Shown here one piece after another: positions 33,101-42,749 of a DNA stretch of 64,000 bases. Every line of letters begins with the position of its first letter. Within the stretch, counting starts at the first letter, position 1. Made by a program: the position numbers and the translations under genes. The notes beneath the pieces are model-generated. The model did no database searches and was not told where the DNA came from. It saw only the letters and a program-made list of their open reading frames with translations. The stretch is from the NCBI GenBank assembly GCA_000002445.1, contig CM000208.1:736001-800000 (forward strand). Reading direction: 5' to 3'. The stretch is from Trypanosoma brucei (lineage: Eukaryota).

Positions 33101-35493
33101 AGGGTGTTGGTGCGGATCACACATGGCAAAATGGAAAGGAGGTTAATTTGTTTAGCGGAAACCCCGGTGGAGGTTTGTGGGTTGAGGGTGTTGGGGAAGA
33201 ATGGCCGTTGTTGCAGGCAGATTTGGCCTTTGTTGGAACCAACGGTATCGCATGCGCCATGCGTTACATCCAAGAAACGTGTAACGGCGACACAGAAATG
33301 ATAGGGTACTTAGCAATTCACGTGCTGTCGGTACTCAGTCGCTTTCCCATCCATCGCGAAGCGCTACTCGCCTTGCGGACTCCGGCGCCAACCACAGGTG
33401 AGCCCGTGCCTTTGTTACTCGCGACGACAGTTCAGGTGATTCAGCGGCTGTTTAATCAAGTTGAAAACAGCGCGAAAATAAATAGTAACTCCAACGGGAC
33501 ACGGGGTATGCCAAAGCCCGACGGAATATCAAGGGCAGAATCAGTGCAGCATGTCGTGAGGGATGCCACTGTCTCTAAGGGCAATTATGGGAGCAGCGTG
33601 CGGTGGCAAAAAGACTCAGAGGGAAGGAAGAAAACGCTTAAGGAGTCACAAAGTGTGCAAACGCGACCTGTTCATAAGGGGTCTAGTTTGTTTGCCTTTT
33701 CGAATGCAGGGTGTTCAAGTACACAGAGAACCTACGGCATGTTACAACTCTCAAATACCCATGTATACTTTCCCGCGCAGACAATCAGTGTTTTTCTAAA
33801 GTGTCTTTCGCTATTACACAACGTTGCCGATGGAAGTAGGGATGAGGTGGTCGCAACGCAGAGGGCCTTCATACTAATGGATGGCATAACCCACATTTTG
33901 AGGCTAGTGTGGAACTCACTCACGCCATCGACATCAAACTCGAAGTTTTCTCGATTTCAAGTTGAAGAGAGAAATAAGGAGTTGCTCGCCGCCGCGCTAA
34001 ATTGTGTTCGGGTGTTCCTTATTGGAAATGAGGCGGGTCAAGCCCAGTTTGTCCGTGGAGACGGTGTGAACACGTTACTAACTGTCATTGAGGCCCATTT
34101 GGGGGAAGATTCAGGCCAACTCTTCGATACTGTGGAAGGTGGCCATCCCCCTGCTTTACATCTCACGTTGACCATTTTAGCAGACTTGTTGCGTGAGAAC
34201 GCGGAAGCCCGCGATGCGTTCTTAAAGTGGTTTAACTACACTTCACAAGTAGTGGAAAAAGCAGACGATGGGAAAGTGAATGCTGTGCAGTTGCTGCTCC
34301 GCTTGTGGAATGAAGGTGCTCCTAGCAGTGAAACTCATGACGGTTCACAGCGGGTGGAATCAGGATGCGATGTTTCTTCAGTTGCGACGACTGTGGGTCG
34401 CGAACCGAGGTTACGGAAGCGAGATTTCGATTATCTAAAAATCTCAACAACCTCCACTACACTTACGAAAACATACGATGTGTGTGATGAAGATATCGAT
34501 GATGCTTCGGCTGGACGACCCGCCGTTGCGACCGAGTTACGTCCGAGTTCGTGGGGGCTAAATTCACTTGGTTTGCAGGGTCGTGAGCTTGTCACTGCAG
34601 CTCTGTGGAGGAGATACGCCGATCTGGAGCGGATGGATCGATTCAACACTGAGGCAAGCTCATCTGGGGAGCTTGCTTCTCCGAGAGGTTTCCGGGAACT
34701 GCTTTCAGCGCCCATATGCAAAGTGCTGGGGTTACGCGTAGGTGTGTACGCCTGTTTGGCTGCACTTGGATTCGAGCGCATTTCGGAAGTGAAGGCAAGT
34801 CCCAGTGAGCGGGTGAAGTTGCTACACATTGCTGCTCTAGAGGCATTGTGTAAAGATGAAGTGTGGGGCGCGATTGCGGAATCTGTTGACTTGGCCGGTC
34901 GTGTGGTAATACGCGCAGAGAAGAGGCCATGTACAAGTACTATGGGTTCCTTCTATGGAGGAAAACATCGAAATTCCGTCAGTTTTAGGAATTCCACTTT
35001 GTTAGTTCCCATCATACCTGACGCCGATAAACTCGTGAGTGTACTGGCGGACGTCGACACACGCGCACGGGAGATGAAACGCTTTGAAGCGGTGACATTG
35101 GATATGCAAGGCGTGCACAATTTCGAAGACCTACATCGCTCTTTACTTGCATTTGTGCGACACGACGACAAGGTCCCTGCTTGCACAATTGCTGAGCAGT
35201 TTAGGAATGGGTGCAAAAAGGCAAGCGCGGTGCGCTTAATCTCCCCTCCCTTAACTGTTCATACGGGAAGTGAAGGTGCCGAAGCTATGAACGATCTGGT
35301 CACCATCGACCAGTATCCCACTTTGTCGGGAAACAATGCTCCAACAACACCAATGGGAAGCTGGCGTCCGTACCTTACCATGCCTACGGGATTTTCCGAG
35401 AAGAAAAGGAAGAAAGAAGCTATGATAAAGAACAGCTTCAAGAGCAGCAAGGCACAATGTAAGAAGTCAATGACGTCTACATGTCACATGTAA
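30130..35493 (+). CDS. Large hypothetical protein of about 1787 aa
   Basis: The continuous + strand ORF runs 29890-35493. Its first 80 codons run through a pyrimidine-rich tract typical of UTR, so the first ATG after that tract, at 30130 (MGDADVATDQQ...), is taken as the start. I recognised no domain by eye. Confidence 0.65.
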   Translation: MGDADVATDQQQQRLKQVPNRGDAINANAANSFDDEDGNQCLWHRRSREVHAHLKRRVAGILTQIRCTSSANHFDRHRVEVDELLRCDAPMGFTPSMILAGVPDIIHLLTDAVRDRRVLEVGRENRQAISALTPICQSSNFLITPNPFFVKEIASSIWRDSSKFKGDRGNNTPSNAMSSVGSNGAKGDNIDCFLPPLVRHAKGSAPQEYPHTTSASPTREGKRLVARIGKSNEVTTAAGTAAGSRKCVRDGSSSPLDKSGPTLPRIDANRQSANRHVNGTGQGNQPLQQQSNGFPSACAVSDAANAKCAPLLCDIPSTVEAMMYHCAFPLVCITPEDYESRASATHILVSTLSSIIRKTSDNNLHTECEGISGVDNVASQSTSDDGKPGSNINGDYNCNAPRPTNAEQKNCDLEHKNMLYRLRRAALHTLHALLSIMDSENASLVNKHFAERDRQLYDAFGDINFSTDNTIMDMCSPMDETRENDNERVESVSVKVLSGGTMGSPRAVSPRRRLSTACVKVMQRTQRNMLVRRVAPLSVYNNAVDVNVLIPLLERWTFILDKGTGSNGVLDSARFLTQRPGAWEVEERSNKMANKKLAMASITRCGQEGHHVIPAEMHSEKITTGGGRDETVGAVVRMCEKDVEEIYLLLRICLQLSLYKHHLNVSARMADTFGGTGNNTFKSIPVLVCLTMARCMEGDRHLPLCVECLWNMLDVIPEEAAKEILHHTGDESGAHFQQEGKKQSEYATTNSPLSRLSATEALLHCLLQFLVSGHRLEYRELRNDIIVLMLIVLRTHTAGLRQQEETLLYNSELEHPALPPGSTIEAITTMAKTVFDLVCGPELQVFGTTAELTLESPELFRRYHTVLSPTTRRENLQFKVLGWRFLEAFHEWQNVRLTLELRCRPHMSRTTLSTRAPAPSGYVFDTSNTVFDVCGAGFVDLLLMYVDTECSNELVLAWSREDLLTLQEESWRVILAMVEPHAEHSVTKAFEGVGADHTWQNGKEVNLFSGNPGGGLWVEGVGEEWPLLQADLAFVGTNGIACAMRYIQETCNGDTEMIGYLAIHVLSVLSRFPIHREALLALRTPAPTTGEPVPLLLATTVQVIQRLFNQVENSAKINSNSNGTRGMPKPDGISRAESVQHVVRDATVSKGNYGSSVRWQKDSEGRKKTLKESQSVQTRPVHKGSSLFAFSNAGCSSTQRTYGMLQLSNTHVYFPAQTISVFLKCLSLLHNVADGSRDEVVATQRAFILMDGITHILRLVWNSLTPSTSNSKFSRFQVEERNKELLAAALNCVRVFLIGNEAGQAQFVRGDGVNTLLTVIEAHLGEDSGQLFDTVEGGHPPALHLTLTILADLLRENAEARDAFLKWFNYTSQVVEKADDGKVNAVQLLLRLWNEGAPSSETHDGSQRVESGCDVSSVATTVGREPRLRKRDFDYLKISTTSTTLTKTYDVCDEDIDDASAGRPAVATELRPSSWGLNSLGLQGRELVTAALWRRYADLERMDRFNTEASSSGELASPRGFRELLSAPICKVLGLRVGVYACLAALGFERISEVKASPSERVKLLHIAALEALCKDEVWGAIAESVDLAGRVVIRAEKRPCTSTMGSFYGGKHRNSVSFRNSTLLVPIIPDADKLVSVLADVDTRAREMKRFEAVTLDMQGVHNFEDLHRSLLAFVRHDDKVPACTIAEQFRNGCKKASAVRLISPPLTVHTGSEGAEAMNDLVTIDQYPTLSGNNAPTTPMGSWRPYLTMPTGFSEKKRKKEAMIKNSFKSSKAQCKKSMTSTCHM

Positions 35494-36090
35494 ATATCTA
35501 ACTATCTATATATTATAAAATTATTGTATGAGATCAAACAATAGATGATCCATCTACAGCGTCGCCTTGATATCGCAGCAGTTTCCACATGTAGATCCGG
35601 AAACGAAGGGGGATGTGGTGCCCCAACGTTTCTCAATATTGTAATACTTTATTTGTAAGCTCTGCAACAGAAGAAGGAGGGAAGAATGACACCGACGTCC
35701 GTCATCAGCCTATTCACCGCTGTACGCCCAGCCTATGCTTCACTTTCTGGATATCAGAAGGTGTTTGTTCTGCATAATTTTTTTTGAAATCCTCTATTGA
35801 TTCTTTTGTGTTATCTAAACTCTTTTCTGTTCATTTCGGATATTGTGTTTAGAGCATACAAACACGCACATACGCGGTCGTGGTGATTGTTCACTGTGAG
35901 AACTCTTTTTAGGAAGGGGGGCAAGTAGAAACGAGCGTGGTGAGCCCCGGTGGTAGACGCCTGTATGAGGTTATGGAATAGATTCTCTCGTCTTGGAAAC
36001 CTTTTGTGTGCGTGTGCTGCATGTGGTTGTTCGTTTACACCATGGCGTTGTTCATCGTCTCCATTATTATCGTCTTTCAGTGCATACAAC

Positions 36091-38271
36091 ATGAGTAGTG
36101 GGAACAGGGTGACGAGCTCTGTGGGCGGCAGCAGCGGTGCAACTGAGGTATGTCCTTCACATACACCTTTATCGTCTTCGACATTACTCAGATATACCAT
36201 TGCACCATCAGAACCAACTATGGGCTCGCCTTGGCAAACCAGTGAGGAAAGTGCTTCTCGTCGACTGGCTGCTCTCACATCCTACCCACCATCTAACATT
36301 CGCAACGTCGCCGTTGTGGCACACGTAGACCACGGGAAGACAACATTAAGTGATGTTTTGCTCAGGCGAACCGGCGTGCTAAAGGGCTCTGTCAACGCAG
36401 GAGCTTATACTGATAGGCTGCTTGTTGAGCGGGAGCGCGGCATCACAGTGAAGTCACAAACATGTTCCATGTTTCTGAAGTACGGCGGCTCAGAGTTCTT
36501 GCTCAACTTGATTGACACGCCAGGTCATGTGGATTTCCAGTATGAAGTGTCACGTAGTGTGCGAGCGGCACAGGCTGTGCTTCTGCTCGTTGATGTGGCA
36601 CAGGGGATTGAGGCGCAAACGATGTCCCATTTCCACATGGCATTGGATCAAGGATTGGCCATAATCCCCGTTTTCACCAAAATGGATTGCGTGCTCAACG
36701 ACACAACGGTTGATGCTGCGCTACAACAACTCGAAGACTCCACAGGTCTACTGCGAAGTGAAGTGGTCTTTACCAGTGCAAAGGAGCAACTGGGGGTGGA
36801 GGCACTGTTGCAAGCTATCATTGAGCGCGTGCCTTCACCAAGTGGTGCAATAGGGCTGTCGGACGTGTGCCAACTTCCTCCTCTTTTACCAGGCAGCACA
36901 GCCCGCGTGGCAATGGAGGCTGAGATGGTGCCACTGCGAGCCATCTTACTTGACTCGTGGACGAGGGAATGCGGTGGTGGACTCTATCGTCCGCCCTCAA
37001 AAACGAGCAGCGCCTTAAGCGGGAATGTAAAGATCGATGAAGATAAGGACACCGTCACATGTCTCGTATCTGTCATTGATGGAACTCTCACCGCGCGTAC
37101 TAACATACTGCTGTATCATTCACAGAAACGCTACGAAGCTCGAGAAGTTGGAGTAATACATCCCGAACTTCGGCCCACTGGTGCCCTAACTGTTGGAATG
37201 GTTGGCTACGTTGTGTTTACTCGCGTCCAGCGCGAGGACTTTTCGGTTGGAGAAACACTTTACACACTTCCCACGCGAAAGTTCACGCGGGGAGGCATAG
37301 CACCTGTTCCCGGCTTCAGGCGCGTGCACCCTGTTGTGTTTGCGGGGTTTTACCCAGACGAGGGAGAATACGTTACACAGTTGCGTGAAGCGGTGGAGAA
37401 GCTTCGAATGAATGATCCTGCTGTTACCGTTGAACCCCTCGAGTGCCAGGCACTTGGCTCTGGCCTACAGTTGGGTTTTCTCGGTGTGTTGCATATGCAA
37501 ATCTTTCAGGAACGCCTACTCTCCGAATTCGGGCAGCGTGTTCTCGTAACGCCACCTGTTGTTCAGTACAAGTACCGCGAAGCTGCCGGTGGCGATGACC
37601 AGCCGCCCAAACCCCTCTCGGTCCACACGTGGCGGTGGCTCCACGAGGGAGTGTCATGTTACATGGAACCTCACGTTACTGCCACAGTAGTCACACCGAG
37701 TGAGTATGCACAAATCATCGATGGCGAAGCGCAGAGGCACTATCGCGGGAAGCAGTTGGATATGCGAGTGATGGATGATGCCCGTGTCCTCCTGCGCTAC
37801 AAAATGCCCCTCGCGGATATGGTGCGGGGTTTCTTTACTTTTGTGAAGAGTCAGTCCCACGGCTATGCGTCACTGGAGTACGATGAACTGGTGTATGAAG
37901 AAGCGGATTTGGTACGCGTAGACATCGTGGTGCAGAAGGCCCGTATCTCTGCGCTTGCCGTTATCTGTCCACGACACGAGGCACCATCGGTAGGAAAGCG
38001 TATAGTAGCGAGCCTAAAGTCCAATCTCACACGCACTGCTGTGGACATCCCCCTACAGGCACTAGTTGGGAGCAAGGTAGTTGCGAGGGAAACGGTTAGG
38101 GCGTACCGCAAGGATGTGACAGCAAAAATACACGCGGGTGACATCTCACGCAAACAGAAAAAGTGGAACGACCAGAAAAAGGGGAAGGAACGCATGGCGC
38201 GGCGCACGGTTGGAGGCGTAACACTTGATCAGTCGGTCCTCGCCGCAGCAATGGGTGCCACTGCATTGTGA
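36091..38271 (+). CDS. GUF1: Translation factor GUF1 (mitochondrial LepA/EF4 homologue), about 726 aa
   Basis: G1-G4 GTPase motifs are present: [27 protein letters not shown] and the TKMD box. The LepA-specific C-terminus is present ([31 protein letters not shown]). The first ATG after a CT-rich tract is at 36091. The track ORF begins upstream at a non-ATG codon. Confidence 0.88.
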   Translation: MSSGNRVTSSVGGSSGATEVCPSHTPLSSSTLLRYTIAPSEPTMGSPWQTSEESASRRLAALTSYPPSNIRNVAVVAHVDHGKTTLSDVLLRRTGVLKGSVNAGAYTDRLLVERERGITVKSQTCSMFLKYGGSEFLLNLIDTPGHVDFQYEVSRSVRAAQAVLLLVDVAQGIEAQTMSHFHMALDQGLAIIPVFTKMDCVLNDTTVDAALQQLEDSTGLLRSEVVFTSAKEQLGVEALLQAIIERVPSPSGAIGLSDVCQLPPLLPGSTARVAMEAEMVPLRAILLDSWTRECGGGLYRPPSKTSSALSGNVKIDEDKDTVTCLVSVIDGTLTARTNILLYHSQKRYEAREVGVIHPELRPTGALTVGMVGYVVFTRVQREDFSVGETLYTLPTRKFTRGGIAPVPGFRRVHPVVFAGFYPDEGEYVTQLREAVEKLRMNDPAVTVEPLECQALGSGLQLGFLGVLHMQIFQERLLSEFGQRVLVTPPVVQYKYREAAGGDDQPPKPLSVHTWRWLHEGVSCYMEPHVTATVVTPSEYAQIIDGEAQRHYRGKQLDMRVMDDARVLLRYKMPLADMVRGFFTFVKSQSHGYASLEYDELVYEEADLVRVDIVVQKARISALAVICPRHEAPSVGKRIVASLKSNLTRTAVDIPLQALVGSKVVARETVRAYRKDVTAKIHAGDISRKQKKWNDQKKGKERMARRTVGGVTLDQSVLAAAMGATAL

Positions 38272-39229
38272 CAATAAAATTATGAGGAGAGAACCGTTTG
38301 TAGAAACGGGGGAAGAGAAGTCAAGGAACATGTATGCGAGTATCTGTGGGGTTGCCGGTGAAAAGATTATGGGATCACATGAGGAAACGTCAGTCGTGGC
38401 CCCATCCCACTGACACTTGCAGGGAGCGGCAGTTAAAGGATTTCTCATTGTTTTTTCCCCTCTCCTGTTCCTTATATTCGTTGATGTCTTAGCGCTGCAC
38501 TGCGGCATTTAATACCATTGTTATTGCTGCCAGTGGTCACATTAGGTGTCATCGTAATCTCCTTTTTCTATGTTTTACCTCGCTTCGTCTCTACTTTCTG
38601 TTTTGCAATCATTCGTCTAACAAAAATAAGAAATAAGACCGAAAAAGCAACACCACTCTATCGTAGAAACAGTTTCATATCGCATCATTATTATTATTAT
38701 TAGCACTCAATTACTATTAGTGATAACCAAGGGGAGATAGAAGGGAGGTATATATATTTTTTTATTTATTTATTTATAGGTCTTGTGGATTCCAACTAGT
38801 GTATCGGTTTTAATTTTCGGCTAGGAACGATAGGATTAGGGGAAAAGACACGTTTTCAGGAGTAGGGGCTGCAACGAGTGAAAACAAAGTGGGGAATAGG
38901 TGATACCCTTTTTTTTCTCCGATAGTAACTTGCTTATTTTTATTATTACTTTCTCTTGTAAAGAAGCTTTATCGGCAAAGGAAGGTAATATTTGCAATAT
39001 TATCTCATTTTGCCTATATTTGAGGGAAAAAGTGAGGGTGGGAAACGCACAACACAAACAAACAAGCAGTTAGTCTGTTGCAATTCAACTTCCTTCAAAG
39101 GAAGATAACATAGCGTACAAGAAACCGAGAGAGAAAAAATCACGAAGAAGGAACGAAAAACATATATAGTATATAGTATACAGTGTATATTTATTTCTAA
39201 TAAAACGGATAAAGTGAAGGAGAGGTTCC

Positions 39230-39577
39230 ATGCTGCCCCTCCGTGTACTACCATTCATCGCTGCAGGCGGTTACGCCTCCCAATTACGCTTCTACAGCGA
39301 GGGGAAGCCAACTGAAGGACACAGAAAGATCAACCTGGACGATGATGAGAGGTGGATCGAGGCGGAGTTCGACGAAAAACTTCGGTCTCCAGAAGAACGA
39401 TATGCACTCGAACGACAGCGCGAGACAATGAAGGGACTCATCAAGAAAATACGCAACGAACACAAACAGCACATGCACGAATCTGTACGCGAGAGGGACG
39501 CTCAAATTGACAACCTCAAAGAGCAAATACAGACAATGGAAAAGAAACTACAGCAGTTAACGAACGAGAAGCAATAG
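39230..39577 (+). CDS. IF1: Mitochondrial F1-ATPase inhibitor protein IF1 (TbIF1-like), 115 aa
   Basis: N-terminal amphipathic presequence-like segment (MLPLRVLPFIAAGGYASQLRF), then a coiled-coil. Its EERYALERQRETMKGLIKK stretch resembles the bovine IF1 inhibitory region EERYFRARAKEQLAALKK. Its position, eight genes downstream of enolase, fits my recollection of TbIF1 as Tb927.10.2970. Confidence 0.75.
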   Translation: MLPLRVLPFIAAGGYASQLRFYSEGKPTEGHRKINLDDDERWIEAEFDEKLRSPEERYALERQRETMKGLIKKIRNEHKQHMHESVRERDAQIDNLKEQIQTMEKKLQQLTNEKQ

Positions 39578-39638
39578 GAAGGAGCAGGCGTCATTCGCAA
39601 GAGCTCTACCACAATGTTAACAAACATGTAAAACCGCC

Positions 39639-39662
39639 ATTATATATATATATATATATATA
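39639..39662. repeat. (TA)n microsatellite
   Basis: tatatatatatatatatatata run. Confidence 0.9.
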
Positions 39663-39759
39663 AGCAACGAGCGTAACGTTTTTTCTTTAGCTAAAATGGT
39701 CTCAATTTCCTATAAAACGTTTCTTTTTTTTTTTTCACCTCCAAAATATTATCACTACT

Positions 39760-40893
39760 GTGACAAATCATGAAAACTGCTATTATTGTTATTTTTTATT
39801 TATTACTTCTTCATTTCCACTCAAAATAATATTTTTTCATGCACTTTCCATCAGTTGCAACCCTTCCTCACCATGTCACACCAAAACGGCCACCACTCCA
39901 ACAAGGTTTTCTATTCGGGTCACTGTGGAACTACGAATCCGACACAACTGGGGCAGCACGTGGCAGGACCAAGTGAAAGGCAACGCGTGCATTGAAACAG
40001 TGCTTGATGTGGGCCTCTTGATATTTGTCTGCAGAGTTTTGTCTTTGTTCACACTTCGGTGGTGTTGCCTTCATGTGCATGTTCCCCGCATTTGTTACTT
40101 ACTCTCGTCTATTGCCTCTCTTTGGTTTTTAACAATAAGGCAATATCATCAAATACTGTGCAGGGATGGACATAAAAAGGAAACTGAATTTGACCTCGTT
40201 GGGGTGTGGGTTTCATTTGAGAGGGACTGTAGAAGTCTCTCGGTAAGTCAAGGTTGGATCGCACTGCTACGGTACTACCTGCAAGTAACGGAACTCATCC
40301 TGTGCAACCTGCAGAAGGATAAAGAAATTTGGGATAATGCCCACACGTTGTTAAATACTGCATTTACTTTTGTGCAGCTGCGGGAGTACTATGAGTCGAG
40401 ACATAGAAGTGACGAAGGTGCACTCGCTGCTGATATACGAAAGTTCTGCCGGAACAACCTAAACAATTTGGTTCCTAATATACGACGGCTCTCACAGTCC
40501 TTTCCATCCGCACAGGATAGCACGGAGGTTAGGAAGCTGTCCCAACGAGTTGAGTGGAGAGACCTTCTACACAAACTCCCAGAGTCAATTAATTCTGTGT
40601 ATTTTGAAGCAGAAGTGAGGGAAGCCAAGGAGTTTGCCAAAAGGGGCGTCGAGGGCAGTGAAAAGGCTCGGGCAGAGTCATTGAAGAAGCATCTCGAACA
40701 AATTGACAATATGTCGACCGAGGACACTTTGAGGAATATCAATAAAACCATCAACCTCTCTGGTGGGTGCTGGTATAAATGCCCTAAAAGACACCTTTAT
40801 GTTGTCGGAGAGTGTGGCAGCCCTGCAGGGGAAGGAATAGGTGGGGTGGGCCACATCTCATTCCCTGGCAATACATCTGTTGGGAGGTTTTAG
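39760..40893 (+). CDS. Stop-free ORF of uncertain coding status. Its C-terminus is conserved in copy 2 (…GGCWYKCPKRHLYVVGECGSPAGEGIGGVGHISFPGN).
   Basis: 377 codons without a stop on the coding strand, but the track start is a GTG. The only in-frame ATG lies about 60 codons from the end. The 5' part runs through a poly-T tract. Confidence 0.3.
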   Translation: MTNHENCYYCYFLFITSSFPLKIIFFHALSISCNPSSPCHTKTATTPTRFSIRVTVELRIRHNWGSTWQDQVKGNACIETVLDVGLLIFVCRVLSLFTLRWCCLHVHVPRICYLLSSIASLWFLTIRQYHQILCRDGHKKETEFDLVGVWVSFERDCRSLSVSQGWIALLRYYLQVTELILCNLQKDKEIWDNAHTLLNTAFTFVQLREYYESRHRSDEGALAADIRKFCRNNLNNLVPNIRRLSQSFPSAQDSTEVRKLSQRVEWRDLLHKLPESINSVYFEAEVREAKEFAKRGVEGSEKARAESLKKHLEQIDNMSTEDTLRNINKTINLSGGCWYKCPKRHLYVVGECGSPAGEGIGGVGHISFPGNTSVGRF

Positions 40894-41100
40894 GAACCGG
40901 GAGGGTGTCATAGTGGACGAACTATTTCCTGTTGTAATGATAAGTGGAATGGAATATAATGTAATATGTGATGATGTGAAGTATGGAGCATAATTTGAAT
41001 GGAACTAATGATGGAATGGGGTTTTTGTGGATAGGAGTGCATCTCCTGTTGATCATGCAATCCATATCCCTTAATGAGGGCACAGCACTCCTTATTAGTA

Positions 41101-41153
41101 CTTTTACTTTTACTTTGCTTTTGCTTTTTCTTTTTTTGCTTTTGCTTTTGCTT
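41101..41153. repeat. (CTTTTG)n-like pyrimidine microsatellite inside repeat copy 1; identical unit at 57344-57396 in copy 2
   Basis: cttttacttttactttgcttttgctttttctttttttgcttttgcttttgcttg. It lies upstream of Rpn11 and probably doubles as a poly-Y splice signal. Confidence 0.8.
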
Positions 41154-41373
41154 GTTCTGTGAATGCTATCATTGGGTGTCTTATGCCCTTGCTTCTGTCG
41201 TTTGGCTGCTTTTGTTACTTTGTCAGCCACTTACTATATTACCATCCTTTACCTTAATTCTACCTCTCTTGCACACATACCACAACTGGGATACTAAAAG
41301 GGGGGTTATTGAACGGTAACAAACAAAATAACTCGTGCTCTGATTAATTGCATCGCAACGTGGTGGTTTCGAG

Positions 41374-42291
41374 ATGTTCCATCCCCAATTGGTGGCGGGT
41401 GGTGCCAATCGCGCTGCACCGGCAGAGGAGCTACGCGACACAGCCGAGACGGTGCAGATATCGTCTTTGGCATTGCTCAAAATGCTGATGCACGGGCGCG
41501 CTGGGGTGCCGCTCGAGGTAATGGGTTTGATGATTGGTGAGTTGATTGACGACTATACGGTCCGTGTATCTGATGTCTTCTCCATGCCTCAAACGGCCAC
41601 GGGTCAATCCGTTGAAGCTGTGGACCCAGAGTATCAAGTTCATATGTTAGACAAACTCTCCGTGGTGGGTCGACCGGAAAAAGTTGTTGGGTGGTACCAC
41701 AGTCACCCTGGTTTCGGCTGCTGGCTTTCTGGTGAGGATGTAATGACGGCGAGCAGCTATGAGCAACTGACGCCGCGCAGCGTGTCGGTAGTGATCGACC
41801 CTATCCAATCGGTCCGCGGCAAAGTAGTAATTGACGCCTTCCGCACCACGAAGGACCCGCATACGGGGCCGCGAATCATGTTCCAAGAGCCACGACAGAC
41901 AACAAGCAACATCGGGTGGCTGACGCGACCTTCTCCTATTGCTCTCACCCGTGGGTTGGATCGTGACTATTACAGTCTTCCCATTACCTTCCGCAAGAAA
42001 AACCACGAACTTGCGCTACTCCTCAACGTCTACAAGAAGGGTTGGCAGGAGGGTTTCCGATTAGAAAACATGACACGTTTTGATCGCAATACGGTGCGAG
42101 AGAAGATGCGTGCGCTGGCGTCGCTTGCCGTCCAGTCGGAGCGATTCATTGTTCAGGGTCTCGATGAAGATGATGTAGGCAATGTCGGTCGAGCAAATCC
42201 CATTGCGCATCTCCAATCCGAATCGGAGGGCCTAATCAACGCGAGTCTTAACCAATCCATAGGAGCGATGATTAATGGGGTTGTCTTCTGA
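41374..42291 (+). CDS. RPN11: 26S proteasome regulatory subunit Rpn11 / PSMD14 (JAMM/MPN+ deubiquitinase), copy 1, 305 aa
   Basis: Close match to human PSMD14 across the protein: ISSLALLKMLMHGRAGVPLEVMGLM, JAMM motif GWYHSHPGFGCWLSGEDV, VVIDPIQSVRGKVVIDAFR, EPRQTTSNIGWL. The ATG at 41374 was verified. Confidence 0.94.
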   Translation: MFHPQLVAGGANRAAPAEELRDTAETVQISSLALLKMLMHGRAGVPLEVMGLMIGELIDDYTVRVSDVFSMPQTATGQSVEAVDPEYQVHMLDKLSVVGRPEKVVGWYHSHPGFGCWLSGEDVMTASSYEQLTPRSVSVVIDPIQSVRGKVVIDAFRTTKDPHTGPRIMFQEPRQTTSNIGWLTRPSPIALTRGLDRDYYSLPITFRKKNHELALLLNVYKKGWQEGFRLENMTRFDRNTVREKMRALASLAVQSERFIVQGLDEDDVGNVGRANPIAHLQSESEGLINASLNQSIGAMINGVVF

Positions 42292-42749
42292 GGAAACAGG
42301 GTACATTGCGTGTGCTCCAGCTATTACTGACCATACTTTTTATATGCGCTACCGTATTGATTTTTTATCACCCTCTCTATAACGTTTACGGGGTGTTATG
42401 CTCCTTTTCTGCACTCCCGTTTCTGTGACAATGTGGCGTGATTACAATCAGCACAGGATGGCATTTGCTAGTGATGTGGTGTCATCTTCGTGAATGGCAT
42501 GTCATTTGTTTGTGGTGGGGTAATTACTCGTCCTGAATTTCCTAGTGATTCTACAAACATATCTCTGCAATACCTCACTTCCATATTCCTTTAATTGCTC
42601 TAATCCCGGTGATTGCTCGTTGCGATCCCAGTGTCGTGTGCCCAACGCACTTAGTGACACTCAGGACAAGTGGTGAAGGGGGCGAAAAGCTTTTATTCTA
42701 CCGTCTCCGATTGGGTGAAGCAGGGTATCGAAACTATCGTCTACTGCAT

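Larger units (their letters stand above)
39845..42584 (+). repeat. Copy 1 of a 2.74-kb direct repeat (partner at 56088-58827), carrying an upstream ORF plus Rpn11
   Basis: Manual comparison shows base-by-base correspondence at a constant offset of 16243 nt. I saw only a handful of mismatches. Boundaries are where identity breaks: ~39844/56087 on the 5' side and ~42584/58827 on the 3' side. Confidence 0.9.

Noticed and set aside
40167-40410. Calling a definite cis-spliced intron at the GGTAAGT in the duplicated ORF.
   Set aside because: The first AG after the pyrimidine tract (tgcAG|ctg) does not restore the frame; only a more distal AG does. The evidence is therefore weak. I retained it only as a hypothesis in the findings and did not annotate it as a feature.
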